A stretch of DNA of 64,000 nt from Octopus vulgaris (Eukaryota). How positions within the stretch are numbered: the first letter of the stretch is position 1; every line of letters starts with the position of its first letter. Below, piece after piece: positions 1 to 12,877 of this stretch. Under the pieces are notes generated by a model, which was not told the DNA's origin, ran no database searches, and saw nothing but the letters and a program-made list of their open reading frames with translations. The position numbers were made by a program, and so were the translations under genes. Location of the stretch: NCBI GenBank assembly GCA_951406725.2, contig OX597819.1, forward strand, positions 14,756,001 through 14,820,000. Direction: 5' to 3'.

Positions 1-93
1 TTTAACCTTTAAAGGTATTTTTTGATATGCTGGCCATTGATAAAATTTTTTTTGGAAAAGAATATTTTTTTCGAAAAAATTTTACCCTACATT

Positions 94-148
<55 letters not shown>

Positions 149-682
149 TGTGAGTATCTGTGTATACATATATATGTATACATGTGTGCGTGTGTGTGAG
201 GGGAGACAGAACGGGTGAAAGTATGCGTACGTGTGCGTGTTTGTCATAGACAAACAGACGAAGGAAGTTAGACAGAGAGACATTTATTTAATATATAGCC
301 TGTTGGTTGGCTGGTGGGGTGGTGGGTTGGTGCATTTGTCCTCTGAGTTGATACATTAAATGGCTAAGGAGATGCTTCAGTATAATTGTTGTTTACTCAA
401 ACAACATTACGGCCATAACATGTTTTATTTTGTGTCGCGCTAGTAAGCGTCCGTGACGACCTTTCGGTCCGAAAATGTCAACTTCCGGTCAGGAATAAAT
501 GTAAGCTATGGCGAGCTATGACTTACTGCCGTTGTGGCAGGCACAGCAAAAGGACCACACAAGAGTGTGAACGACCGAACTTGTTAGTTCTCACGTGAGC
601 TGCAAAGGGCCAGGCTCGTCCTGAGATTTGAGAGTCAAGTTTGATAAATGGCCGTAGTTGACTTCAAACTGTACATAGATAC

Positions 683-761
<79 letters not shown>

Positions 762-999
762 TGTATATATGTGTATATAGATACATACATATGTGTGTGT
801 GTGTGTGCGTGTGTGTGATAAACGGTAGAATGTTTCTGTGTGGTTGAAGAAATTCACTTCTGCCATCTTAGGTATTTCTTGGTATATTCTTAGGATGACA
901 AAAAACATCTCAGCGACATTTAGTTTTCAGAAATTCTACAGATACGCGCACGCGCGCGCACACTCACATATACGGCTGTCTAACTATATGTATATGTAT

Positions 1000-1066
<67 letters not shown>

Positions 1067-1821
1067 TGTGTGTGTGTATGAATATATATATACATACACA
1101 CATATACAGGTATGTGTGTATGTATGTATGTATGTATGTATGTATGTATGTATGTATGTATGTATGCTTGCACGTATGTATATGAATTCTGTGTCCAAGG
1201 CTATCACCAATGATTGCAATGATGATATCAAAATAACACAAATATCCGGTATTTTTAAAATCTTAGACAAGAGAATATACCACCATCACTATATTCTTTT
1301 CTACTCTAAGCACAAGGCCCGAAATTTTGTGGAAGCGAGCCAGTCGATTTGATCGACCCCAGTACGCTACTGGTACTTAGTTTATCGACTCCTCGGCGGA
1401 ATTTGAACGCAGCCACCATCGTTATATTGTCAGCAGTGAGTGTGGGGAAACGTAAGTCGAGAGGTGCTTGCATAACAGTGCAACGACTCGCATCGTCTTA
1501 AATTAAGAAGACCCAAGACAAAGTGAAATAAGATATGTCTTAGCATTTTAACGGTTTTAATGACCGAGTAACTTTCTTCCCGAGACATGCTTTCACAACG
1601 CTTATATATCTATGATCCAGCATCGCTTGCTTTCTTTCTCAATTAATACTATGTTTGGCTTCCTATTCCCTACCTCATGGTTGCACTGAGTCATAAAATC
1701 CCATTGGATCTTTGCATTATCATTTTCGACGATGCCTTCGGAATAAATTATATTTTACTAATTTACATATACTATGAATCATTTGATACTTAATATAATA
1801 TATAATTTGTATACAATACTA

Positions 1822-2228
1822 TACTCTTACTCTTTACTCTTTTACTTGTTTCAGTCATTTGACTGCGGCCATGCTGAAGCACCGCCTTTAATCGAGCAAC
1901 TCGACCTCGGGACTTATTCTATTGGTACTTACTGTATCGGTCACTTTTGCCGAACCGCTAAGTGACGGGGACATAAACACGCCAGCATCGGTTGTCAAGC
2001 AATGCTAGGGGGACAAACACAAACATACACGCACACACGCATATGCATATATATACATATATACGACGGGCTTCTTTCAGTTTCCGTCTACCAAATCCAC
2101 TCACAAGGCTTTGGTCGGCCCGAGGCTATAGTAGAAGACACTTGCCCAAGGTGCCACGGAGTGGGACTGAACCCGGAACCATGTGGCTGGTAAACAAGCT
2201 ACTTACCACACAGCCACTCCTGTGTCTA
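1822..2228 (-). mobile_element. tRNA-derived SINE family A, near full length
   Basis: Minus strand: A box TGGCTGTGTGG, B box GGTTCAGTCCC, CCTTGGGCAAGT core-like motif, internal (TA)/(TG) tract, tail GGTGCTTCAGCATGGCCGCAGTCAAATGACTGAAACAAGTAAAAGAGTA; about 25 homologous copies or fragments in the window. Confidence 0.9.
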
Positions 2229-2636
2229 TATAATAATATTATGATAAATTCATAACGTCCCTCAATCCAGTGTCTTCTTCCCAACGCCTCCTTAGCCACC
2301 AACGCCCACCTGGACCGTCTGAACGCCCACGGGGGGCGGTAGCGCACACTTTGAGAACCCATGCTCGATAACGATGAATTTCATGCCAGCAGAAGATACT
2401 CCATTGAAGTATGACCTCCGCATCGATGACAAGCACTGAGGCCTCTACCGTCCAGCACATTGTTCGGCCCTTTTACTAAAAACTCATAACCTGACTAATT
2501 CCATTTTCCACAACATACTCAACGATAACTTCCTTTGCTCAACTCTCTTTCATACCAGCCGTGTGCATTAACATTCCCGCTCCACTAACATAGAACAAAA
2601 ACTGGAAAGGAAAATGTGCAACTCAACACACATGCA

Positions 2637-2712
<76 letters not shown>

Positions 2713-2786
2713 CACAGACTGACACTTGAAAAATCGTCATGGAATACTGCACTTCTTTCCATGTCACGGTTTTACTACTTAAATAA

Positions 2787-3508
2787 AACCCCTAAAACTT
2801 CGAATACATCAAAACGAGGCACCTCACACAAATCTGCTCTACTACATTATCGAACCCTGCCCGTACTTGTTAAGCAGGAACAGCGAATAACAAGAACTGC
2901 GAATATTACCACAATTACTCGGGTTTAACATCATTGAGAATCCCTAAAGACAAACAAGAATCCCTTAAGACAAACAAAGCAAGCGCTGTATCACAAAGAC
3001 TGGATTTTCTTTTTCGAACCAGAAAATTCTTCAATCCCCGACATAGGCGTAGGAGTGGCTATAGGCGTAGTAGTGGCTTGGTGGTAAGTAGCTTGCTAAC
3101 CAACCACATGGTTCCGGGTTCAGTCCCACTGCGTGGCATCTTGGGCAAATGTCTTCTGCTATAGCCTCGGGCCGACCAAAGCCTTGTGAGTAGATTTGGC
3201 AGACGGAAACTGAAAGAAGCCTGTCGTATATATGTATATATATATATATGTATGTATGTGTGTGTATATGTTTGTGTGTTTGTCCCTCTAGCATTGCTTG
3301 ACAACCGATGCTGGTGTGTTTACGTCCCCGTCACTTAGCGGTTCGACAAAAGTGACCGATAGAATAAGTACTGGGCTTACAAAGAATAAGTCCCGGGGTC
3401 GATTTGATCGACTAAAGGCGGTGCTCCAGCATGGCCGCAGTCAAATGACTGAAACAAGTAAAAGAGTAAATTTACTGATTTTCCATATATTTCTCTCCGA
3501 ATATTTAA
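2787..3508. repeat. Copy 1 of a ~320-bp local direct duplication, interrupted by SINE-A; copy 2 at 5762-6108
   Basis: 2836-3044 and 3471-3507 are nearly identical to 5858-6107. Confidence 0.9.
3043..3469 (+). mobile_element. SINE family A, full length, with 18-bp tandem duplication at the 5' end
   Basis: ATAGGCGTAGGAGTGGCT-ATAGGCGTAGTAGTGGCT, A/B boxes and complete tail; absent from the paralogous site near 6070. Confidence 0.92.
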
Positions 3509-3609
3509 ATAAAACTTCACAACCCGTGTCAGCAGACACACAAAATACCAAGACTCGTTCACCTTAGTTTCACATTCCCGACCATTCCGATAGTAGAAGT
3601 CGTATAACC

Positions 3610-3798
3610 TATTTCTTTACTACCCTCAAGGGGCTAAATACAGAGAGGACAAACAAGGACAGACAAACGGGTTAAGTCGATAGTTCGACCCCCCAGTGCG
3701 TAACTGGTACTTATTTAATCGACCCCGAAAGGATGAAAGGCAAAGTCGACCTCGGCGGAATTTGAACTCAGAACGTAGCGGCAGAGGAAATACCGCTC
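3610..3798 (-). mobile_element. SINE family B (tail-1 type), 5'-truncated, 15-bp TSD
   Basis: B box GAGTTCAAATTCC; central GCCTTTCATCCTTTCGGGGTCGATTAAATAAGTACC; direct repeat AGAAGTCGTATAACC at 3595-3609 and 3799-3813. Confidence 0.9.
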
Positions 3799-4045
3799 AG
3801 AAGTCGTATAACCGTTCCAGTAGTACCTAGGAGGGGGGCAGAACCATCATAGTACTGAACAATTTAAGTAGCGAACACTGCTCTCTGTTGTCTAATTGTT
3901 CAGAGTTACCATCATACAAGGACGAGGCCTCTGTGCTGTCCCATTTAGGAGAAGCCATAAAAATCACACGACATAATCTGCAGTACTCTCTCCCCAAGTT
4001 CCATATGGAAAATCTTACAATTGAGGGCTGCATAAGGCTGTTATT

Positions 4046-4354
4046 CAGAGGCGCAATGGCCTAGTGGTTAGGGCAGCGGACTCGCGGTCGCAGGATCGCG
4101 GTTTCGATTCCCAGACCGGGCGTTGTGTGTGTTTATTGCGCGAAAACACCTAAAAAGCTCCACGAGGCTCCGGCAGGGGGTGGTGATCCCTGCTGTACTC
4201 TTTCACCACTCTTTCTCCCACTCTTTCTTCTGTTGGCCTGCTCGCTTAGCCAGCGGGGTGGCATCATTCGAAGGCTAAAACAATGCGAACGCATTGTGAC
4301 CAGCGATGTGTAACAACATCTGATGGTCTGGTCGGTCACGTGGTCACGTGGTCA
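4046..4354 (+). mobile_element. tRNA-derived SINE family C (tail variant 1), 15-bp TSD
   Basis: Head GGCGCAATGGCCTAGTGGTTAGGGCAGCGGACTCGCGGTCG...GGTTTCGATTCC; (GGTCACGT)n 3' end; TSD CATAAGGCTGTTATT at 4031-4045 and 4355-4369. Confidence 0.92.
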
Positions 4355-5109
4355 CATAAGGCTGTTATTGAGTTCAACGTAAAGCAAGCAAAGGAAGACA
4401 TTTTCCCACCCAGATTCCAGTCACCCATAAAAGCTAAAATACTACAAATGAACTTATCCACTGCAAGCCATATGAGATGAAGTCACTCGATCAAGTAGTG
4501 TTTGGTGTAATGTTGGGGGACTGAAACTCGATTGGGGATAGGGATCACGTTTTGTGAAGTGAATGTGTGCGATGAGAGGAAGGGCAGTGAAATATACACC
4601 TATCTGATGCTGACATCAGCCATGGGCACAGTGACAGAGATAACAGCAAAGAGAATTAGAGGAAGAATACTAGAGGAAGAGAAAGAGAGAAAGGAAAGAT
4701 TGTATATCATGAAAAAGGGGACATATGCACAGGTTACCAGATTATGGAAGTTAGTCAGACAGATAGCGGCAGAGATAGCAGAAAGATAGAAAGAGAGAGA
4801 TAAAGGTAGAAAGAGGGGGAGAGAGACATTAAGAGAGAGAGAAAGCGAGAGCAGGGGGTGAAGAGAGCATGAGAAAGAGAAAGAGATAACGAAAATGGGA
4901 TTTACCTCAACCTGCAAAACGACGATGAGCAGACCGAAAATTGTTTAAGATACTTCATTAATTTTTGTCTTCCTGTAAGAATATTTAGGCGTGGCTAAGA
5001 TCAATGGCGATAGTTGTCTTCTCCACCAGTTCAATAACATCCCAAGAAATATGCCACAATTAGCCGCTGTTCAGTTAGGTGACCATTTCAACAGACAACA
5101 GCTATGCAC

Positions 5110-5560
5110 CGTTTTTAAGAGCCAATATTGTTTATAAACTTTCTACCAATGCGAAAATACATTGATTAGACGAATCGCGATTCGTCTACAGAGAAAGATT
5201 AGTCGGTGGAATGTCTCCAAAACAATTTCCCAAACACATCAACGAAATATTTTTAAAAACAAAAGTCAGGTTTGAAGAAATACAAGTGCTGTAAACCTGT
5301 AAATATGAGAGAACAACTTCATTAAGAAACCAAAAATTTACCTTGCTCTATAAAACGGTGGAAGCTAGAATAGAAAGGTACGTATTTCGCATCTGAGAAC
5401 GATATAGTTGAGACGGGTTTTCAAGTTTTTCCATGACCCCCTTCTCGATTTTTTTCCATTTATGTTTGCCTGACTTCAACCAGTTTATTATTATCAACAC
5501 AGACCGCTCTGTCTGATGAAGTGGTAGCAACACGAAACAGCTCACCGTCAATTAATAAAC
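5110..5560 (+). mobile_element. Degenerate Penelope-like remnant (GIY-YIG region plus pLTR with hammerhead-like motif)
   Basis: Frameshifted RANIVYKL...KYID*TNR resembles GIY-YIG NxVY...YIGxTxR; followed by CTGATGA-A-GTG-gtagcaa-CAC-GAAAC-AGCT and AATAAA. Confidence 0.5.
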
Positions 5561-5689
5561 TTTAACCAGCATCCATTGTTATGATGTATCAGTTATTTTA
5601 TTTTGTTATATGCGGTAAATTCATTGCAACCATACCGATCAGCAATCAACTACATCATATAGGGATTATCCTGGCGCATTGTATCTACA

Positions 5690-5753
<64 letters not shown>

Positions 5754-5761
5754 CACTCTCG

Positions 5762-6108
5762 CCCCAAAACTTCGAATACATCAAAACAGCCGTAAAGTAA
5801 ACGAGCTGAAGGCGGACCCATTGAGCGGTCGTTCACCATACTGGAGATAACCACCACATCTGCTCTACTACATTATCGAACCCTGCCCGTACTTGTTAAG
5901 CAGGAACAGTGAATAACAAGAACTGTGAATATTACCACAATTACTCGGGTTTAACATCATTGAGAATCCCTAAAGACAAACAAGAATCCCTTAAGACAAA
6001 CAAAGCAAGCGCTGTATCACAAAGACTGGATTTTCTTTTTCGAACCAGAAAATTCTTCAATCCCCGACATTTACTGATTTTCCATATATTTCTCTCCGAG
6101 TATTTAAC
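5762..6108. repeat. Copy 2 of the local duplication (empty SINE site; carries a 77-bp inverted templated segment)
   Basis: Reads ...CCCCGACATTTACTGATT... where copy 1 holds a SINE; 5783-5859 is the exact reverse complement of 6734-6810. Confidence 0.9.
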
Positions 6109-6219
6109 AATGCTCTTCCCATCTGAAACATGCCACTGCTGCTCCAGATATAAAAGCATTATAATCTTCTCTGACTGACAAGAAGTTATTCACCAACACA
6201 TTCCTACCTCTTCTGTGTA

Positions 6220-6335
6220 CACCAAAATATAATCCAGCAGAGAATCGTAGAGAAATCCATGCCATATGTTAATGGATCTAAGAGATGCAACTTATGCGTA
6301 GCTAAAAGATCGCATATTGTTTTTAGATCTAAGAA
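6220..6335 (+). mobile_element. Penelope-like endonuclease C-terminal fragment
   Basis: Translates HQNIIQQRIVEKSMPYVNGSKRCNLCVAKRSHIVF, matching the PLE motif I.EKA.PY..GSK.CNLC..EK..I. Confidence 0.65.
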
Positions 6336-7032
6336 TTCATATGGATAAATTTATACATATGGATAAATTTCTTTTGGTGGATTGGAGGGCACCAGACTCT
6401 CAGAATTGAGCGACTGTCTCGCAGACCCCGGACTCCTCTCTGCTGAATTATTCTGCAACAACTAACTTAATTATGGCTATACTTTCTTCTCGTTTTTTCT
6501 CGTGGTTTCTCTTGTATCAGCGTCGTAATTTGCAAATTGAATAGACCATGTGCTCAGAGCCTGTAAATTGCTGTAGATTGCCCGGCGTGTTACTGAAACT
6601 GCTAGCTCACCGCCTTAAAGCAAATGAAATATTAAGTCGACAGTTCAGGAAGTAGAATGTGCTATATAACTGGACTGACAGGCTCTGATCTGGCCTTTCT
6701 GTTTTGAAGACGGTAGGGTGCGATTTGAGGGGTATGTGGTGGTTATCTCCAGTATGGTGAACGACCGCTCAATGGGTCCGCCTTCAGCTCGTTTACTTTA
6801 CGGCTGTTTTTATTGCATGTATGTATGTATGTATGTATGGATGGATGGATGGATGGATGCATGCATGCATGCATGCATGTAGGTATGCATGCTTGCATGT
6901 ATGTATGTATCCGTACACACATACTTACATACATATATACATATATATATAGACATATATATGTGTGTGTGTGTGTGTGCGTGTATACTCCTTTCTCTGT
7001 GAGTTTAAAAATACCGGATGTTTTGTTTTGAT

Positions 7033-7097
<65 letters not shown>

Positions 7098-7586
7098 AAT
7101 TTACCTTATTTTAATAATTAATACTATTATACTACTACTACTACAGCTACTGCTGCTGCTGCTGTTATTATAGTCAACTGTTTTCTTTCGCAGTGTTTCT
7201 TATTGCAGTTTCTTTATTATTTTATTTCTTTTATTTCCGGTTTTCCTAATCGGAAAATGTGAAATTGTTGTCGCAAATCCTAAATTGGTCATTGGGTCAA
7301 CAGTATACATGCACACATACATACATACGTACGTATATGCATAATTGGAGCACTGGGTTTTGTTAGTAAATGCTTCAGAGAGAATCTGGATAAACTGGGA
7401 TTTTCGGAAAGAGAAATCGACCGTACACTACAAAAGCAATATGTGAGTGGACTTTTCTCAAGTTCCAAATGAGAATTTGTCTGTGTTAACTACATCCCAA
7501 AGATGGAGCCTTGTATCTTTGTTGGAAACCGGCTCCCTCCTCAGTGGAAGATTTCTAATAATTAAAAAGTAGAAGAGACATACATA

Positions 7587-7946
7587 ACCAACCACACAGT
7601 TGCGGGTTCAGTCCCACTGCGTGGCATCTTGGGCAAGTGTCTTCTGCTATAGCCCCGGGCCGACCAATGCCTTGTGAGTGGATTTGGTAGACGGAAACTG
7701 AAAGAAGCCCGTCGTATATATGTATATATATATATATGTGTATGTGTGTGTATTTGTGTGTATTTGTGTGTGTATTTGTGTGTGTGTGTTTATCCCCCTA
7801 GCATTGCTTGACAACCGATGCTGGTGTGTTTACGTCCCCGTCACTTAGCGGTTCGGCAAAAAGAGACCGATAGAATAAGTACTAAAAGGTGGTGCTCCAG
7901 CATGGCCGCAGTCAAATGACTGAAACAAGTAAAAGAGTAAAAGAGA
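7587..7946 (+). mobile_element. SINE family A, 5'-truncated
   Basis: B box, core and tail homologous to other A copies. Confidence 0.88.
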
Positions 7947-8204
7947 CATACATATATACAAAGTGGCAATCTGGATTAAACTAGGGTTTTCAGAACAAGA
8001 AATCAATCACCTTGCACATTAAAAATATACTCTGTAAGTGGAACAGTAAAAATATGCAAAACTTTTCTCAAATTTAAAATGTGACATTGCTTTTATATAT
8101 ATTCTAACGATGGAACTTTGTATTTTTGTTAGAAACCAGCTTCTTCCTCAAAGGAAGAATTTAAATAATTGAAAACAGAAGATGACATACATGCATGCAT
8201 ACGG

Positions 8205-8530
8205 ACGGATAGTCTCCCTTCGGTCATGAATGACCATGGGACTGCCCCTAAAAAGTTCCGGGCAAGATTGCTTTATGGAAAACTAGCAGTCGACCATACA
8301 GACCAGCCTCCCCTCTGCACGCCACTGATGTTATCCCATGGAAAAGCAAAGGGGCCGATACAGCTTGGCACCAGTGACGTCGCAACTCATTTCCACAGCT
8401 GAGTGAACTGGAGCAACGTGAAAGAAAGTGTCTTGCTCAAGAACACAACACACACCCTTGTCCGGGAATCGAACTCACTACCTCATGTTTATGAGCTCTA
8501 CGCTGTAACCACTGAGCCAGGCGTCTTCAC
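8205..8530 (-). mobile_element. tRNA-derived SINE family E (V/CORE-like central domain)
   Basis: Minus strand: TGGCTCAGTGG A box, GAGTTCGATTCC B box, GTGTTGTGTTCTTGAGCAAGACACTTT central motif. Confidence 0.8.
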
Positions 8531-8577
8531 TGTGTATAAATAAGTGCATACGTGTGTGAGTATATTGTCGGTGCATA

Positions 8578-8647
<70 letters not shown>

Positions 8648-8689
8648 TTTCTTGCACCCATGCCCTCTTCAGAGTCACGGACAAGGAAA

Positions 8690-8986
8690 ACCCTCAAGTG
8701 GTCAACTGCTGACCGAAAGAAATCAGAAGGACAAAAGGGATTCTCTGGAAACATTCAAGGAATCATTAAATGATTTCCTAACCGAAATACCGGACCAGCC
8801 AACCATAGAACGTTACACTCATTGAAGATTAGCTGCTACTAATGCAATTCTAGACAAATTCCCAGTCGTAAAACGTTAACAAAGCTGAAAGAAAATGGAG
8901 GAGATGAATTAATAAACGAAGATAAAAATAAAGTGTTACTCCAGCATGGTCACGGTTCAACGACTGAAACCACTAAATGAATAAAG
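8690..8986 (+). mobile_element. 3' end of a CR1/L2-group-like LINE
   Basis: SLETFKESLNDFLTEIPDQPT...AATNAILD resembles the LINE ORF2 terminus FK..LD.FL..IPDQP...A.SNS.LD; 3' UTR ends in a SINE-A-like tail. Confidence 0.65.
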
Positions 8987-9002
8987 AAGGAGTGTGTATA
9001 TA

Positions 9003-9786
9003 TACTCTTTTACTCTTTTACTTGTTTCAGTCATCTGACTGCGGCCATGCTGGAGCACCGCCTTTAATCGAGCAACTCGACCCCGGGACTTATTCTTTTG
9101 TAAGCCCAGTACTTATTCTAAGTAACGGAGACATAAACACACCAGCATCGGTTGTCAAGCAATGCTAGGGGGACAAACACAGACACACAAACACACACAC
9201 GCATATATATCTATACATATATACGACGGGCTTCTTTCAGTTTCCGTCTACCAAATCCACTCACAAGGCTTTGGTCGGCCCGAGGCTATAGTAGAAGACT
9301 CTTGCCCAAGGTGCCACACAGTGGGACTGAACCCGGGACCATGTGGTTGGTTAGCAAGCTACTTACCACACAGCCTCTCCTGCGCCTATATATGTATATA
9401 TCTATTCTTTTACTCGCTTCAGTCGTTTGACTGCGGCCATGCTGGAACACCGCTTTTAGTTGAACAAATCGACACTAGGACTTATTCTTTGTAAGTCTAG
9501 TACTTATTCTATCGGTTTCTTTTGCCGAACCGCTAGGTTACGGGGATATAAACACATCAGCATCGGTTGTCAAGCGATGGTGGGGGACAAACACAAATAC
9601 ACAAATATATACATGCATATATACGATGGGCTTCTTTCAGTTTCTGTTTCCCAAACTCACAAAGCTTTAGTTGGCCCGAGGCTATATAGTAGAAGACACC
9701 TGCCCAAGATGCCACGCAGTGGGACAGAACCCGGAACTATGTGGTTGAGAAGCAAGCTTCTTACCACACAGCCATGCCTGCGCCTA
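9003..9786 (-). mobile_element. Two tandem SINE family A copies (9003-9388, 9405-9786)
   Basis: Each has head, core and tail homologous to family A. Confidence 0.9.
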
Positions 9787-9787
9787 T

Positions 9788-10340
<553 letters not shown>

Positions 10341-10829
10341 TATGTATATGCATATATGTATACGTGTCGTGTGGGGGAGGGGGTCGAGATTTCGGTTGAA
10401 ACCTTTAATGCTAACAGAACAACGAACCTGAAACAATTTAGTGCGGGGCTGCTTCTGTTTGCTGCGTTGTTTGCCTAAACTTTGAGAGGGCGTCACTCCT
10501 TTCAGCCGCCCGTCTTTCCCCTACAACTAATGTTTCAAATTGACACGAAGTTACTGACTGGCACCAAAATCACCCACCACTATCACCACCACCATCACCA
10601 CCACCATCACCACCACCACCACCACCACCACTACGACTATAAACACCATACTCATCATCATCATCATCATCATCAACATCATCATTTCAAAAATTTCAAA
10701 TGTTCACATGATTCCTTTGGAGAGGTTTCTTTTTTTTTTTTGGGGGGGGGGGCATTTTTATTTTTTGTTTTATTTTTTTACGGCGGGGGGACAGAAAACA
10801 TCATTCTTGTTCTTTTTTTTTTTTTTTTG

Positions 10830-11182
10830 TTCTTTTACTTCTTTCGCTCATTTGACTACGGCCATGCTGGGACACCGCCTTGAAGAAGTTTTAGTCGAAG
10901 AAATCGTCCCCAGGACATATTCTTTCTAAGCCTAGTACTTATTCTATCGGTCTCTCTTTTGCCGAAGGGCTAAATTACGGGGAAATAAACACAGCAACAT
11001 CGGTTGTCAAACGATGGCAGTGGGACAATGACAGACATGCAAACATTCCGGCTTCTTTCAGTTTCCGTCTACCAAATCCACTGACAAGGCTTTGGTCGGC
11101 CCGAGGCTATAGTAGAAGACACTTGCCCAAGATGCCATGCAGTGGGACTGAACTCGAACCCATGTGGTTGATAAGCAAGCTA

Positions 11183-11185
<3 letters not shown>
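10830..11185 (-). mobile_element. SINE family A
   Basis: Homology to other copies; followed by (TA)n to about 11452. Confidence 0.85.
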
Positions 11186-11247
<62 letters not shown>

Positions 11248-11409
11248 GTATATGTATGTATATATATATATACACATACATATATATATATGCATGTATA
11301 TATATATGTATATATATATATACATATATATGTATATATACATATATATATATGTGTGTGTCTATATATGTATATATATATATATATACATATATTTACA
11401 TATATACAT

Positions 11410-11452
<43 letters not shown>

Positions 11453-11479
11453 CAAGATTTAAAATTATAGCCCTGGGCT

Positions 11480-11970
11480 ATTAGGTGTTTCATGCTTACG
11501 TAGAGCTACCAGGTGCTTCATACCATAGAACTACTACATGTTTCATGCTTACGATAGTACAATATTTGGGCCAACTCATATGGCCTCCTCGTGTACAATC
11601 AGACAATCTTTCAGATTCTAGAGTCAAAAGACTTTTATACATATAATAGCTCAACTTCAAATCCTTCCTACATTCATACATATATAATTTCAAGAAATAA
11701 TAATGATAAAATAACTAGAAATAATAGGTTTTTCGAAGAAACAGACACGCATTTTCCAAATCCAATCTATTAGCAGCACAGCGATGCTTTGTAAGACATT
11801 CCTGATTCTCCGTCTGAGATTCTTTACATGGACTGTTGATGGGCACAGCAAGGGTGTGCGTCGACAGTTCAACCAACATACCTGCTAAACTACATATTTA
11901 CAAACACCAGGAACTTTCTTAACTCTAGACGTCTTGATTTGTTAGCGACTGACTAGAAATCTTTTAAGAA
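11480..11970 (-). mobile_element. Degenerate Penelope-like GIY-YIG remnant
   Basis: Minus strand with frameshifts: KVPGVCK...RYVG*T...LTKH...RLDLENA...EGF..LSYYMYKSLL; downstream duplicated GTAAGCATGAAAC (one copy GAAACATGTA). Confidence 0.5.
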
Positions 11971-11996
11971 CTTGTATAAAACATACATACATAACT

Positions 11997-12369
11997 ATCG
12001 TGGCACTCCGTCGGTTACGACGACGAGGGTTCCAGTTGATCCGATCAACGGAACAGCCTGCTCGTGAAATTAACGTGCAAGTGGCTGAGCACTCCACAGA
12101 CATGTGTATCCTTACCGTAGTTCTCGGGGAGATTCAGCGTGACACAGTGTGTGACAAGGCTGGCCCCTTTGAAATACAGGTACAACAGAAACAGAAAGGA
12201 GTGAGAGAAAGTTGTGGTGAAAGAGTACAGTAGGGTTCGCCACTTGCCTCCGCAGGAGCCACGTGGAGCTTTAGGTGTTTTCGCTCAATAAACATTCCCG
12301 GTCTGGGAATCGAAACCACGATCCCACGACCGCGAGTCCGCTGCCCTAACCACTGGGCCATTGTGCCTC
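11997..12369 (-). mobile_element. SINE family C (tail variant 2)
   Basis: Same tRNA head and body as 4046-4210; different 3' half ending CGTCGTAACCGACGGAGTGCCACG. Confidence 0.9.
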
Positions 12370-12720
12370 CACATACATAACTATACATACGCGTTGGCCA
12401 CTGTATGAGGTTATGAGGCAGAAATGTTTCTAAACGGTTGTTATTACAGTCGTTGATTTTTATGATAGATTCAGGCCTTCCATAGGCAGGTGTGTGTAAA
12501 CGTACATATACCTGCCTGAATCCAAATACACAAAGCCTAAATCTCACCCACCCTACTTATATACACGTACACCCGTTTACAATAATATTTACAAATCGGA
12601 AATGAAGTTTCCGTTATCCGTTTCTTATTTACCATTCATTATAGGACGGAACTGAAGTAATCTTCCACAGTCAGACAATGTGTGGGAAGAGAGTAAAAAT
12701 GTAAAAGAAAAACAACTTAT

Positions 12721-12721
12721 A

Positions 12722-12803
<82 letters not shown>

Positions 12804-12806
12804 GTA

Positions 12807-12875
<69 letters not shown>
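12721..12875. repeat. (AAT)n microsatellite
   Basis: Visible directly. Confidence 0.95.

Positions 12876-12877
<2 letters not shown>

Noticed and set aside
1-298. Helentron/DINE-like 3' end
   Set aside because: The terminal TTTAATATATAG is suggestive, but the other end is outside the window
4049-4122. Functional tRNA gene (also 33267-33339)
   Set aside because: Acceptor stem is poor and the sequence continues into a repeated body and tail; these are SINE heads
7960-8150. Death-domain pseudo-exon (KLGFSEQEINHL..ILCKW)
   Set aside because: Short similarity with several stops; cannot be supported without a search
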